Shown: positions 39,777 to 53,459 of the stretch, in pieces
Position numbering within the stretch: position 1 is the first letter of the stretch
Layout of the letters: every line of letters begins with the position of its first letter
Source of the DNA: Heptranchias perlo
Lineage: Eukaryota
NCBI RefSeq assembly: GCF_035084215.1
Contig: NC_090350.1
Location: 27,342,001 to 27,406,000, forward strand
DNA length: 64,000 nucleotides
Reading direction: 5' to 3'
The notes under the pieces: generated by a model
Databases searched by the model: none
The model's input: the letters and a program-made list of their open reading frames with translations, nothing else
What the model was told of the DNA's origin: nothing
Program-made: the position numbers and the translations under genes

Positions 39777-40520
39777 AGACCAAGTGCAGCCTTCAGGTAA
39801 GATGGGGGACAATTGGACAAGGGGGCACTGATGCAATTCAGACCCCATTTTAAAATCATACTTCCTTACTTTTATGTATTTCCATTTCTACATTTATAAT
39901 GGAACTGCCAATATCAACTTGTCAGTATAATTTCACCCTCCTTTCAGTGATAGGACAGCAGTGCTTCCACTGGGTGGGGGTGTAAATACAGCGTGACAAG
40001 CTTTCATTTGCAGTTTCCATTATAAATATGGACGTAGAAATTTATAATAGAAAGTTGACAGAAGGTGCACACAGATGTTTAACATTTTTAATATATTAAA
40101 AGTCAACCTCCCATGTAATAGTAGACAATGAATCATGACCAAGTGTAGCCTTTGAATGAAGCAGGGTTAGACAGCAAGGAATAATTGCAACAGTGTGCAG
40201 ATGTAATGCAGGCACAATTTTAGTCATACAAATTCTCCTTATTTTTGTTTTCCCATTATAAATTCCTACATCCTCATTTAGAATGAAAACGATCTATGTA
40301 AACTTGTCACAATGTAATTACACCCTACTACCAGTGGCGGGGCTGCAATGCCTCCATAGGAGGGGTGTGGGGGTGTAATTACAGCGTATCAAGTTCACAT
40401 AAGCAGTTTCTATCATAAATTTGGGACAGTGAAAAATATATAATTGAAAAAGTTGACAGTAAATGCATGCATTTGTAGGATTTTTAATATATGAATAGCT
40501 ATTTAAATAGGTCACATTTC
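39777..40520. repeat. Two diverged tandem copies of an internally palindromic element
   Basis: gaccaagtg(c/t)agcctt starts both units (about 39778 and 40138); shared blocks gggtgtaa(a/t)tacagcgt, gcagttt and aaagttgacag. Confidence 0.7.
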
Positions 40521-40599
40521 ATCCAAAGTGAGTGACACTCGATCCATGAGTGAGACTTGGGAGTTATATAAGCGACTGTCAAAACATCAGCTGTGAGCA

Positions 40600-40985
40600 C
40601 ATTTACAAAAAAAAAAGTCCCCAAACGCCGACGTCTCTGAACACTTTTTTTTTGTTATTTTGAAAGGGTTGTAAATAATCATTTGCACTTGGTCGCACCA
40701 CAGCAAAAAGGGCACAAGCCATCTGCACCAATTGCTCACGCACTCTCGCCTCGCGCCGTATTCAGTTCCGGTGAGTTTGAGCGCGCGGGGAGGAGGGAGG
40801 AGGAGAGAGGGAAAGGGGGAGGGAGAGAGAGAGAGAGAGGGGGGGGGGGGGGGGGTGAGAGGTCAGAGGTGAGAGCTCCTCACAATCTGTCATGGCGAAT
40901 GATGGAGCAGAGATTTTGGCTTTCATGTAACTCGGAGCTCTGGCTGTAACGAACGGATCGCCGAGCTCCAGCCGCCAGGACACCG
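40600..40985 (+). promoter_or_regulatory. CpG-rich promoter and non-coding exon 1 of the HMBOX1-like gene
   Basis: CpG cluster, GA-rich and G17 tract, consensus donor CCG|gtgagt at 40985/40986. The link to the coding exon at 60361 is inferred. Confidence 0.7.
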
Positions 40986-41792
40986 GTGAGTTTCAACCCA
41001 AACTGCGGGATCCGGGTGGGGGGTGGGGGGGATATTTTGGCCGCCCGATCTCCTGAGATGGGAGGTTATTATTATGAGATGCACATTGTTTGCAGTGTTT
41101 TGGTCGCTAGTTTTCAGGATAACAATACTCTGTATTGAATCCAACGGGTTTCCTCTGCACGGAGTTTACGGACAGTTTAATTGTAAACGGATCTTTTGTT
41201 TAATGTTTGGATATTTTTCTCTCTCAGATTCTCACTGTCTACAATTGTTGGTGAACTGAACTGTAATAAAACAATCCCTATGGTGTGCGGATCAACATCA
41301 ACCGGTAGCCTTGGGATTTTCGGTGTGCATTGTTTACAGTTTTTTTTTAATCCTCTTTTAAAGATCTGTCTCTTTCGGTTGTTTTTTTTTTGCACAGCAG
41401 TTTTTCTGATACAGTATTCGCCATCAAGGAGATACGGGGCAGCGTAAAGTTAAATATCTCAGCTGTCTGATCTTGTACGGAGGTTGGGATTTTTCTGAAT
41501 TTATTCTATAGCCATTAATTTTCAGCGATGTGCGATAGTCAAGATCAAAAATAGTGGACAGAGTACAAGATTATTTAGACATATCAAGCTCTGCTGCATA
41601 TTTATATTTTTTTAGCTGGAGCTGGCTCCGTCTCAAAATGTTACACGTTTAAAGCAAAATGGGTGTCGGGACACGAAATGAATGAGGCATGACAGGCTTG
41701 ACTGTAATACTGTAATACAAAATGTTTAAATTGATTATGGTTGATACAATAAACCTAAAGAAAACTGTTGAAAACCAGAGTAGAGTCTCACA

Positions 41793-42292
41793 TCAGATTC
41801 CTTTGCTTTCAGTTGATTTTCTTTCAATAGTTTATCTTCTTCCATGACTTTGGTAAGATGGTCTTCTGCTATAAGGGTGGCTTTCAATCTTTCTAAATCA
41901 TTCCTTAAGTCCTCTTCTGTGGTTTGGTTATTTTCCATTTGAGATTCAAACACACCTTCCAAGTTTGAAATCCTATTGTTCTGAGTCGAGTCTACAGGGT
42001 CTTTCAACTTGTCTATACTGTTGTGCTCCTTGATATTTTTCTCCTGAAGTTGTTCTAACCGTACTTGTAAAGCATTAAGCCGTTGAAGTCATTGGTAAAG
42101 TCATTGTCAGCCTGTAAGGCTTCAATCCTAGCCTGAAGTGCCTGTTCCTTCTCTTCCATTTCATCTATTCTGTGCTGTAATTCCTTCTTCTCAGATAGGG
42201 CCTTCTGCTGAATTTCTTCTTGTCTCCCTTCTGCCTGCTTTAATTTGTCAGTGAATTCTTTTATTTCATTCACAGCTCCATTGTACTTATTG
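41793..42292 (-). pseudogene. SLMAP: Processed (intron-less) internal fragment of SLMAP, frameshifted
   Basis: Translates to NKYNGAVNEIK...EKKELQHRIDEMEEKEQALQARIEALQADNDFTN / RLNALQVRLEQLQEK...HLTKVMEEDKLLKENQLKAKESD, matching the recalled SLMAP coiled coil; frameshift near 42085; no start, stop or splice sites of its own. Confidence 0.88.
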
Positions 42293-42907
42293 GTTTGAGA
42301 TACAATTCTTTAGATCTACAGTGTTTAATTATATTAAGTTGTGTACTTTGGTTACGGTTTGTGTCACTATACTGTACATTACATAAACAACGTGCTCCAT
42401 CAGACCACTTAAAAAAATTCAGGAATACTCATTAAAATTAGCTCCAGAGTACAATCAAAACATCTTTCATTTAAACACTTGGGCTTAAAATTATGCTGTT
42501 ACATATTACTACATTTAGACAAGATTTCTTTCACTGTTATTTTAATGGTGTTATTAGCCCATTTTAAACTGATTACCATCTCCATTAAAATAGTGGACAA
42601 TGGAATGTCATACATATTAGGTGTTCACAAGCTCATTTTGCAGTGTCATTTAAGGCCTATAATCAACTTTCTTTTATTGCGAAGGTAAATTATTTTGTAA
42701 TTTTTCTCCTTCAGTTTTGTAAGGCCTTTCTGCAGCCTGTTCAAACCCTCTCATTCTTAAGCAGGATGGGGTTAGGGCAGAGGGCTGCATCTTACTCTGC
42801 AATGACAGAGTATGTTGGAGCTCCTGTGAGCTGGACTAAGATTTTAACTAAATTATGTCCCTCTCTGTGTACCCAAAGTGAAGCTAGAATTTCAAAACAA
42901 TAAAACA

Positions 42908-43711
42908 TTTAGATAAATGTGAGGTGATGCATTTTGGTAGATCGAATCGGGCCAGGACCTACTCTGTTAATGGTAGGGCGTTGGGGAGAGTTATAGAACA
43001 AAGAGATCTAGGAGTACAGGTTCATAGCTCCTTGAAAGTGAAGTCACAGGTGGATAGGATGGTGAAGAAGGCATTCGGCATGCTTGATTTCATTGGTCAG
43101 AACATTGAATACAGGAGTTGGGATGTCTTATTGAAGTTGTACAAGACATTAGTAAGGCCACACTTGGAATACTGTGTACAGTTCTGGTCACCCTATTATA
43201 GAAAGGATATTATTAAACTAGAAAGAGTGCAGAAAAGATTTACTAGGATGCTACCGGGACTTGATGGTTTGACTTATAGGGAGAGGTTGGATAGACTGAG
43301 ACTTTTTTCCCTGGAGAGTAGGAGGTTAAGGGGAGATCTTATAGAAGTCTATAAAATAATGAGGGGCATAGATAAGGTAGATAGTCAAAATCTTTTCCCA
43401 AAGGTAGGGTAGTCTATAACGAGGGGACATAGATTTAAGGTGAGAGGGGAGAGATACAAAAGGGTCCAGAGGGGCAATTTTTTCACTCAAAGGGTGGTGA
43501 GTTTCTGGAACGAGCTGCCAGAGGCAGTAGTAGAGGCGGGTACAATTTTGTCTTTTAAAAAGCATTTGGACAGTTACATGGGTAAGATGGGTATAGAGGG
43601 ATATGGGCCAAGTGCAGGCAATTGGGACTAGCTTAGTGGTATAAACTGGGCGACATGGACATGTTGGGCCGAAGGGCCTGTTTCCATGTTGTAACTTCTA
43701 TGATTCTATGA
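42908..43711 (+). mobile_element. Young 5'-truncated CR1 LINE
   Basis: Uninterrupted 162-aa ORF (LYKTLVRPHLEYCVQFWSP...[14 protein letters not shown]); tail ttctatgattctatga. Confidence 0.95.
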
Positions 43712-45459
43712 TAAGAAAACCTATCTTCAAACTCTTTTTTTATATTTGAAAGGAGCTCAATAGTTAAGCAAGTAGTCCAAAAATAATTGGAAAAGCTGGT
43801 GATGGGAGCGACACATGGCTGTAGCTTGGTAGATTGAAAGGTGGTATGGGTTCTATTTGGAAAGAAACCATATAGGAGGCCAGTGATGAAATGGTAGGAC
43901 TTTGTGCTGAACGTCAACAGGCTACAAGGACTGACAGAGGAGAAAAGTGTGATGATGAGGTCTGTTAGCTTCCATGATGAGCCTGCTTATGATTATTAAC
44001 TAACTGGAGATGAAGGGCTAACCAGGGCAAGCCAACCCACTGCAGTGAGGTACTAAGTGGATGTGAGGTGTTTTCTAACAGGGAGGGATGGAAGACTGAC
44101 AGTGGAATCCTTCTCTGTCAGTCTTGTATTTCCTTGTAGCCAGTTACAGAGCCACACAGGCAAATGATTTGTGTCATGGAGTGGAAGAAGTCAAGTAAAA
44201 GATGGTGTACAAGAATAAATGATCATTGATCAATAACTTGTGGTATCATCCTTGAATTCTGCTTAAAGAATGTGAATTTTAACTTTTGATTTTGGATGCA
44301 AGTATTGTAATGGAGCAGAATCCTGGAAAAACAAACTGTGCTGGTGTCAATTTCCAGAGTACAGTCATATCAGAAAAAAACAGCAGAAAGAGAACTGATT
44401 GAAATATTCTACTGGAAATATAGTAAAGATGAAATGAGAATATGTTGTTCGGGGAATTGTTACTATCAATTGGTAAGGTAACTGGAAATGCAGTATATAG
44501 AAGCAGCTGTGTTTGATAGGCCAAAGACAGGTGCTGTTTTTGGTACAACTTGAGACTGAACAGGAAAGAGGGAGTTTGGGTGTGTTGTTTCAGAGCAAGG
44601 ATAAGCTAAAAGGTGATATACGATCTAATGCTCTGCATCCTCAATTGTATGTTGAACATTTATAAGTAGTCACAAGTATGAGATGAAAAGAGGAAAGCAA
44701 ACTAAGAGGAAGTAGACTTGGATCCAGTGTTCCTGCATGCAGGGAGTTCCTGGTCTATGCCTTCCTTTCAGAGGCAGCATGGAGCAGAGATCAGGGAAAG
44801 GGGGAAGTAGATCAGAGAATGAGTCTGCTGTTTTAAATGGTATTGGCAAGGGAATGTTTAATGTGAGAGAACCTGTTAAGAAAATACAGTCAAAATATCT
44901 ATCGGGAGTACAGTTGCATGTGATGCAGAGAAGTATATCTAATATGATTTTTATATATTGCAGTTTAGAGTCAGTAGGGTAATTTTCTGGTCCTGGTAAT
45001 ATTTGAAGGGATGGAGTCATTTAAGTAGTTGCATCGGGACCAAAAATTCTTAAGAGCCTTTGGAAAGGTTTAAAAGGCATTTCAATCCATTCGCATCCTT
45101 TGTCAAGACTGAAGGGGACAGGAGTAAGTGCCAAGCAAAAATGAATGGAAAAGAAACCAAATGTGGAGACACAATCTAGAGTTTGCGGGCAAATGACGTA
45201 GCAGTCCAGCACCAGATCCACTTTTTGATGGTTAGTAAAGTAAAGGTGGTGCTGAATGAGATGGTTGCAAGAAAGTTGGCCCTGTTTGCCATTCCAAGAT
45301 ACCCATCGTGTAGAACAGCATTGCAGCTTGCCTGGAGAGTTGTAGGCAGAGTTGAGGCTGCAGCTGACTGTTACTGCAACTTGCAGTGCTAGCCCTATGG
45401 TGCATGTTCGCAGCAGATGTCACTGCTCTACTTCTGGTTCCCTGCTGACCTCGACTATG

Positions 45460-45710
45460 CAAAGAAGAGCAGGGGAGTTCTCCCAGTGTCCTGGCCAACA
45501 TTTATCCCTCAAGCAACACGACCAAAACAGATTATCTGATCATTATCTCATTGCTGTTTGTGGGACCTTGCTGTACGCAAATTGGCTGCTGCGTTTCCCT
45601 ACGTTACAACAATAACTACATCTCAAAAGTACCTAATTGGTTGTGAAGCCCTTGGGATGCCCTGAAGTTGTGGAAGGCGCTATATAAATACAAGATTTTT
45701 CTTTCTTTCT
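45460..45710 (+). mobile_element. Deu-domain SINE, 3' half
   Basis: gaagagcaggggagttctccc...cagattatctgatcattatctcattgctgtttgtggg...ggcgctatataaatacaag. Confidence 0.85.
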
Positions 45711-48049
45711 GGAGCCTGTGAAGAAAGTTCCCTATGGTTGTTGGAAGTATATGTGCTTGGGTCTGTAAATATGGTTGGTGACATCATGTCAGGTATAGCC
45801 AATCAGGCTTTGTTGGCTTTAGATCTCCCTAGCATGCCTTCTTCATCCAGTACCACCTAAAACCATGAAATACCAGGACTGGGGGGCTTTCAAAGAACCC
45901 ACCAGCATTAAGTTTAAATGGAGCTTCACATATTGCATTCATGACATCATGTCTGCTGTCACGTTCTCCCTTTGGAAGCAGAGCCTCCATATGTACTGTT
46001 CCCTGATAAAGGAAGGTATTTGCAACTTTGTGAGTAAATGCAGGTGTCGGAGTACTGATGGGTGAGTGCAGATCACCCTTGATGGAGCCTGACCTGCCTG
46101 GCTTCCTTCCATTGACCCTCATCACCTTCCTGCCAAAAGCACAAGTACATGGTGATTCCCACGGGGAAACCCATTGTGCCACCATTGTTAACGTTGCAAA
46201 AAAAATGGCTGTGCCACAACAATTACCGCAAAGGCTCCCGATCACCTAAGTGACACAGCAAAAAAAAAGCAAGGAAAAGGGCTCAGAAATGGCTTGAAAA
46301 TGTTGCTGAAATATTCAGCAGGGCACTTTAAATCCACTTCTGTGCCTACAAATCTTGATGCCCTCTTTAAATAGCAGGAACATGTATTCGTGAATGCTGG
46401 GAAATTGCTTGGACATTTAAATTACATAATTGAGGGGGACTTCAGCATTGTTAAAATGAAGCTTCCAGCAAATCCATTACTGGAAACGCACACAAATATG
46501 CCAAATGATTAAAGATCCAGCATAACAGATAACCCTTTTTTCCGATCGGTTGCACCCACAAATTGAGATAACCAATTGGAAAGTTTCCCCTGGTGTGTTT
46601 TGTAACATGACAACCAGATGTTTCCTAATCATTATTACCTCTTGGAACCTCTTGTATATCATTAATGATTAAAACCCAGAACCCAGAACATAGAATGTTT
46701 TGCTTAAGAATTTTAACTTGTTTGTATTTTTGAAATGATTATGTATTTCTTCTCTGCTTTTTAAGTGTTAATCCCTTTACTAGAGCAGAAGCAGGTTAGG
46801 TGCTACAAGGTAAACAATTGAAGTGTTGTGTCATCTGAACCCCAAGATTGTGCAACCACATACACAATCTTTGGATTTGTGCTCATTTTCTATAGCCTAG
46901 GTTAAGCCATAAATTTGTAAGTTCCAGTAATGCTGCCAACTTGTGGCCTATGTTACTGTTTCCATCTGCCCCCACAGCTAAATTTAATGGTTCAGATTTG
47001 TATCTTCTGGTACGATGAGGTATGGTTTTCAAGCCAAGAAAGTGATAGTGTTTGTGAAAGTGAGACGAATAACACCAGGCATGATTACGGGATAGTGTAC
47101 AAGGCCAGTTTGTGCAAAGGTGCTAGATTTTAGGTTGTAAAAAAACTAGTCTCTCATTTTGCATATACATTGTAAAGTAGTACGAGTATCCCCATAAAAC
47201 GGCACATTTCAAAGTACACAGTACCTTTTCTGAAAGTACACAAGACTGGAGTACAGTATATAGAAAAGTAGAGTTTAGCCTTCATCCGAATAGTGCTGTT
47301 AAACTCGTGTAACAGCCACATTTGGGATTGGCCTTAATAGGTGGTGCCCTATTGCAGATTCAAACTTGATCTTTTAATGTATTGTTGGGACAGTTATTGG
47401 TGGTCTTTGTACATAGGTGACTTTAATGAATTTAACTATATGTGAATCCCAAATTATTAAACATATACCCTACCTACTGTATTCCCTTTTGTTACTGTAG
47501 TCCCTAAAGAGCAAATATGATTTGAACTTTTTTTAATATCAAAATAGTGTTAGCTTTCAAATTTACATCAGATTGAAAGTACGGTCTTTCGTCTCTTTAG
47601 AGCGACATTGGGGGAATTTTACTATAGAAATGAGGGACAACAGATGCTAACAGTTAAACAAGATAAGGAACTCACCAACATAAAAGCCTACTTTAATGAA
47701 TGCACCACTGAAGTAACTTTCTGTAGACAGGTGTTGTCATTTTCACCAACATTGATCAGAAGAAATGGGTAAAAAATCAGAAGGGTCCTGCATCAGTGGA
47801 GCAGGAAGATCTGTGTTTAATCCCACAATCTCCTGCATAAAAATTCAGTGGAGCCACGAGGAAGTGGAGGCAAAATGTTTCTCCACAGCAGAGAAAAATA
47901 GCACGTCTTTATACACGTCTTATATCTGGTTATAGAACTGGGATGATCTTGGGGAGCATTAGTCTTTTCTGCACCTCTGCCTCAGAATGAAAAAAATAAA
48001 TAAAATCATTATCTGCAACACAAATTATTGAATGCTAGGTCTGGCATTT

Positions 48050-48770
48050 TAACAACAACAACTTGCATTTAAATAGCGCCTTTAACATAGATCAATATCC
48101 CAAGGCGCTTCACAGGAGTGTTATCAGACAAAATTTGACACGCGCCACATAAGAAGATATTAGGACTGGTGGCCAAAAGCTTGGTCAAAGAGGTAGGTTT
48201 TAAAGAGCTTCTTAAAGGAGGAGAGATGGAGGGAATTCCAGAGCTTAGGGCCTAGACAGCTGAATGCACGGCTGCCAATGGAGGGAAGAAGGAAATCGGG
48301 GATGCACAAGAGGCCAGAATTGGAGGAACGCTGAGTTCTCGGAGGGTTGTAGCGCTGAAGGAGGTTACAAAGATAGGGAGGGGCAAGGCCATGGAGGGAT
48401 TTGAGCACAAAAGGATGAGAATATTAAAATCACTACATTGCTGGAGCAGTAGCCAATGTATGTCAGTGAGCACAGGGGTGATGGGTAAACGGAACTTGGT
48501 GCGAGTCAAGATATGGAAAGCAGAGTCTTGGATGATTTCAAGTTTATGGAAGATGGGAGGCTGGCCAGGAGAGCATTGGAATAGTCGAGTTCGGAGGTAA
48601 CAAAAGCATAGATGAGGGTTTCAGCAGCAGATGAGCTGATGCAGGGGCAAAAACGGGCGATATTACAGAAGTGGAAGTAGGCGGTCTTGGTGATGGCGAG
48701 GATATGAGGTCGGAAGCTCAGCTAGGACGCTGAGGTTGCAAACAGTCTGGTTCAGCATCAGACAGTGAAC
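48050..48770 (-). mobile_element. L2 LINE 3' end
   Basis: PITPVLTDIHWL and KSLHGLAPPYL..LL...G.RAFS..GPKLWNSL...FK...KTYLF motifs; (aac)n tail at about 48051-48062. Confidence 0.9.
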
Positions 48771-49869
48771 TGACATAGGTACTGCATATAAACCCTTCCT
48801 TATATACAGATGATTTTAGGAGTTAGGTTCCAGTAAAGTAACATGTATGTCACTAGGTACATAAGGAGCCCATTTTGAATTGGTTAGCTGGTTTACCACT
48901 GTATAAGTAAGTATCTTATTGTCAGGAGTGCAGTCCAAGCCCTAATTCTTAATCTTAACCCTTGCATAAAACTTCTGTGCCGTAATGTTTCATTTTGAAA
49001 CACAAAAAACACTTCTTCAAAACATTTTTAAAAAATAATACATTTCTGTGGTATGCTTTGGTTTCTGAGTCTCTCAAAACTGCAAACAGATTGATAGAAA
49101 TTATGAATTAATGACAGGAACTAGATACTGATAAAGCACTTGGTGCATTAAACTGAAGTTGTTTATGGTTTTCTGACTTTTACATAACTGCAACATTGTT
49201 TACATGGAAAAAAAATTTAAAACAAAAAAGAATACTGAGTAAATGTTTTTACTTGCACCTCCAACAGCTGCTAAAAACACCAGCAACACTGCAATATCAC
49301 AGGAAAATGAGAAATCCACTGGTTACTTGTTATAATATTGTACTGAATAAATTTGTATGTAACTGACATCACAGTTTGCTGTGAAACTCTTCACTCTTTA
49401 GTCAAATAAATACTTCACTGGGACACTATTAATAGGTTGTACTTTTTACTGTTTAGCAAAATACCAAAGCAGTTTCATTCTTTTCTAGGTTTTTTTGATG
49501 AACTTTCATGTAGGGGTATATTTATGAAAATAATCAAGCTCTCCACAGTGAAAATATTGCACAAAGTACAGCAGAAGTCTGATCATGATCTTCTAGTTAC
49601 CTGTAACATGCAACACACTTGCAAAACTTCCTACACCCAGCCTATCTGTGAGAGTGTCCCTTGTGATTAGGTGCTGTAACTGCAGTTCACTTCACTAATG
49701 GCAAGTGGCTTTATCTTGGGACAGGTTAGAGGATAGCAGGCAATGCAAAAATTAACCCTGTTTCAATTCACTTAGGGGCCATTTCTCAGGGGTAAGTCTT
49801 TCTGCAAAGGAGTAGAAAATAAACAGTAAAAATAAATCAATAACAAGAAGTTTACTTATCCATCAGCCT

Positions 49870-50135
49870 CTAATATCAGAGAAATACAAGTGAAGACACC
49901 AATCTCCCAATTCATGATGCTGACTAACTGGGATGCGATATCTTGGGTATGAGTAGCCATCTGATACTTTGGCCAAATAACCAGTGTTCCTGTGTGAGCC
50001 CAGGCAGTTCATTCATGGAGGAAATCATAGCAGAAACCAATAATGTCCTCACCAGATATCCACACAGTGCACTTTCCAGCAAGTGCCACTGGATAGTGAC
50101 CAGGAGTGGGAACTCTGGCCAATGTTTTTTGTTTG
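49870..50135 (-). mobile_element. LF-SINE-like fragment
   Basis: tgtcctcacc...cactttccagca...cactggatagtgaccaggagtgggaactctggc. Confidence 0.65.
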
Positions 50136-50974
50136 TTTATTTTTCTTTCCAGTCCAGAAGTTCATTTGTACTTTTGATTGCAAACAATTGAGCTGATTCG
50201 ATCATATCAGTTTGATTTAGGGCACAATAACAAGGAAGACTCTCCCAAAATATACAGCTGAAGAGAACAGAATAGTTAGAAACAAGACCTTCAGATTACT
50301 AAATCCAGAGGCTGCCTCTTACCTCTGACACCATAAGGCAGCCCCACATTAAATGAATAAAGGGTTCCCAAATCCCTCCCTACATCGTCAATGGGATGAA
50401 TCTGATTTGAAACTCATTTTCAAGAAAGATCTAATCAGTATCTTGACCTGAATAAGAATCAGTCTGGAATACAATTGTATTATTGTTACAAATGGTCATC
50501 ATCTCTAATGGAAAACAAAAGGTCAGTTATATATTGGATCAGTAGAACTGTTCCTGACAAATTTATACCATTTTAGTTTTAATCTGTTTTCAATACATGA
50601 CTGTCTTCAAAAATATTTCACATTTTTGAGTGGCTAGTGGTGGTATAGCCTATCCATACACATGCTAGGCATTTTAAACTGCCATCAAACTGCCCCCTCA
50701 GTAGTGATTTTTTTCTTGGAATTAATAGAGGGAATAGAATTTATTACAATAACGAAAAGATGCCTGTACTGAGACTTATAAATGACCTTCGAGCTATATT
50801 TTCTGAAGTTCATCTTCTAAAAGACACGATTTATTCCAACGATTTATTATTCCAACAATTTTATTTCACATTGCAGTCCAACTTTGTGCTCCAAAACCAG
50901 GTGACTAACTTCCCAGCTGTCAGCCCTGCAGAACTTCACATAACCTCACATAAGGGAATACACAATAAAAGGGC

Positions 50975-51686
50975 GTAGAGGAACAGAGGGACCTTGGAGT
51001 GCATGTCCACAGATCCCTGAAGGTAGCAGGATGGGTAGATATGGTGTTTAAGAAGGCATAGGGGATACTTTCCTTTATTAGCCAAGGCATAGACTATAAG
51101 AGCAGGGAGGTTATGCTAGAACTGTATAAAACACTAGTTAGGCCACAGCTTGAGTACTGCGTACAGTTCTGGTCACCACGTTACAGGAAAGATGTGATTG
51201 CACTAGAGATTGTACAGAGGAGATTTATGAGGGTGTTGCCAGGCCTGGAGAATTTTAGCTATGAGAACAGATTGGATAGGCTGGGGTTGTTTTCTTTGGA
51301 ACAAAGGAGGCTGAGGGGAGATTTAATTGAGGTGTATAAAATTATGAGGGGCCGAGATAGGGAGGATCTATTTTCCTTAGCAGAGGGGTCAGTGACCAGG
51401 GGGCATAGATTTAAAGTAATTGGTAGAAAGATTAGAGGGGAGCTGAGGAGAAATTTTTCACCCAGAGGGTGGTGGGGGTCTGAAACTCACTGCCTGAAAG
51501 GGTGGTTGAGGCAGAAACCCTCAACTCATTTAAAAAGTACTTGGATGTGCACTTGAAGTGCCTTAACCTACAGGGCTATGGCCCAAGTGCTGGAAAGTGG
51601 GATTAAGCTGGATAGCTCATTTTCAGCCGGCAGGGACACGATGGGCTGAATGGCCTCCTTCCGTGCCATAACTTTCTATGATTCTA
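50975..51686 (+). mobile_element. CR1 LINE 3' fragment
   Basis: 147-aa ORF ([22 protein letters not shown]...); tail ttctatgattct. Confidence 0.93.
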
Positions 51687-53459
51687 ACTGATTGTCCGCC
51701 ATTGAACTTGCAAGTTAAACAGCAAGCACACTCAACCATTCGACCCAACTCTGTGGGTGTAATCAAAACTGTTCCTGGTATGGCTGCTGGTTTGCCCTGC
51801 TCCTCTTTAATTATTGTAGCTCTTTCTCCTTGCCTTTTGTCCAACAGAATGAATCACAGAAACAGGCCATTTAACCAATCAAGTCTGTGCCAGTGTTCTC
51901 CGTATGAGCGTCCTAATCTAATTTCACTCTCTTACTCACTTTCCATACCCTTTAATGATCCTCTTTTTCAAGAAGCTATTAAATTCCCTTTTTAAAGAAT
52001 TTACGGAATCCTCTTCAATAACGGTTTGCAGCAAAGAATTCCACATCCGTGTAAAGATTTTTTTCCAACCTCCCCTTTGTTATTTTTGTGATTTTTGTGA
52101 TTTTTCTAAAATTTGAGTCCTTTCATTAACATCCCACCAACAATTGGTCATGATTTACCTTTATTGTAATCTTTTTCATAATCTTAAAGACCTGTTATTT
52201 CACCCTTTAACCTTTTCAGCTCCAGCGGAAATGCCCTAATTTCTCAAGTCTCTCTTCTTAACAATAACCCTTCAACTAGTGAATCTATACTACTATTCTG
52301 TTGCTTTTATACCTTTGCTAGAATGGACTCCTCAAAATTGGACACAAAACTCCTACTGCAGCGTAAGTAAGGCTTTGTACAAGTTCAGCATTACCACCTT
52401 GCTTTTGTATTCTGTGCCTCTAGATACAAAACCAAGAATTCTGTTTGTTAGAGTGAAGAGATCTTGAATATTAATAACACCTGTGGAGTATTCCAGGTTC
52501 CTTGTCATCAACAAAAGTGAGTCATTGGCTTACTGAGATACTACACATTATGCTGCACTGCAGGACTATTTCACACACTTGGACTTTACATTCAATGGGA
52601 GAGACTTGATTCAGAGGCACCAAAGTACAAACCAGACCTTCATTTTGATCAACAGTGTTACAGACACAGTGGCAGACAGATAGCTCAGGGTTATAGTGAG
52701 GTCTTGTGCAACAAAATATAGTAATTGATAGAAGTAAAAAGAAAACTGTGAACACTGGCAATAGTATAAAAATGGGGGGGAAAATTGCAAAAATACACAG
52801 CAAATCAATCAGCATCTAAAAAGAAATGGGTTCAGTTCTCATAATGGGTCACAACCTACCTTTCTCTCTCAGGTGCCGTCTGGCCTGCTGTGTATTTCTA
52901 GCATTTTGCAGTACAAGCATATTTGCTGACATCATAATTTTTAAAATTCCCTTCCATTCAGTCTATTAAACAGCAACATATCCTGACATCATTGTGATTT
53001 TAAAAACCAGGCCATATACAGAGACTTGATTTACTGAGGTGTGTTTTTTTTCTCACAGTAGTGCTTGTGTTACATTAAAAAAGACTTGCTACTGGTTTTT
53101 ACTAGAAAGGCGTGGAGTGCACAGTAGGTATTTGGGAGATATTTTAATTTAATTGCATGTTTTATTTGCTGACACACCCAAGTAGCAGGTTATGATTCTC
53201 ATTCTCACTCTTGCAAAATCTAATCGGTTTGTAGTTCATCCAGAAGCTTTAAATTAATACCTGATTGTTCAACCACTCCTAGGCACCTCAGCAATAAACA
53301 TTAAATCGGGATAGTTTATGCATAAATACAGATTAGTGAATGCTGTTAATGACATATGTCATTTGTACTCATAATACAGCTTCAGGGCAATTTACAGCCC
53401 ACCCTCTGTCACCTGTGTCTCTCACTAGACCTGCTGTTTGATGTCTAGAATTCTCTTCC

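Noticed and set aside
33150-40800. Shared bidirectional promoter for ZNF706-like and HMBOX1-like
   Set aside because: The starts are about 7.6 kb apart, with separate CpG islands and repeats between them.
41735-42273. Functional nested SLMAP-like gene
   Set aside because: Frameshifted and truncated at both ends; the ORF-track starts are GTG/TTG, not true initiators.
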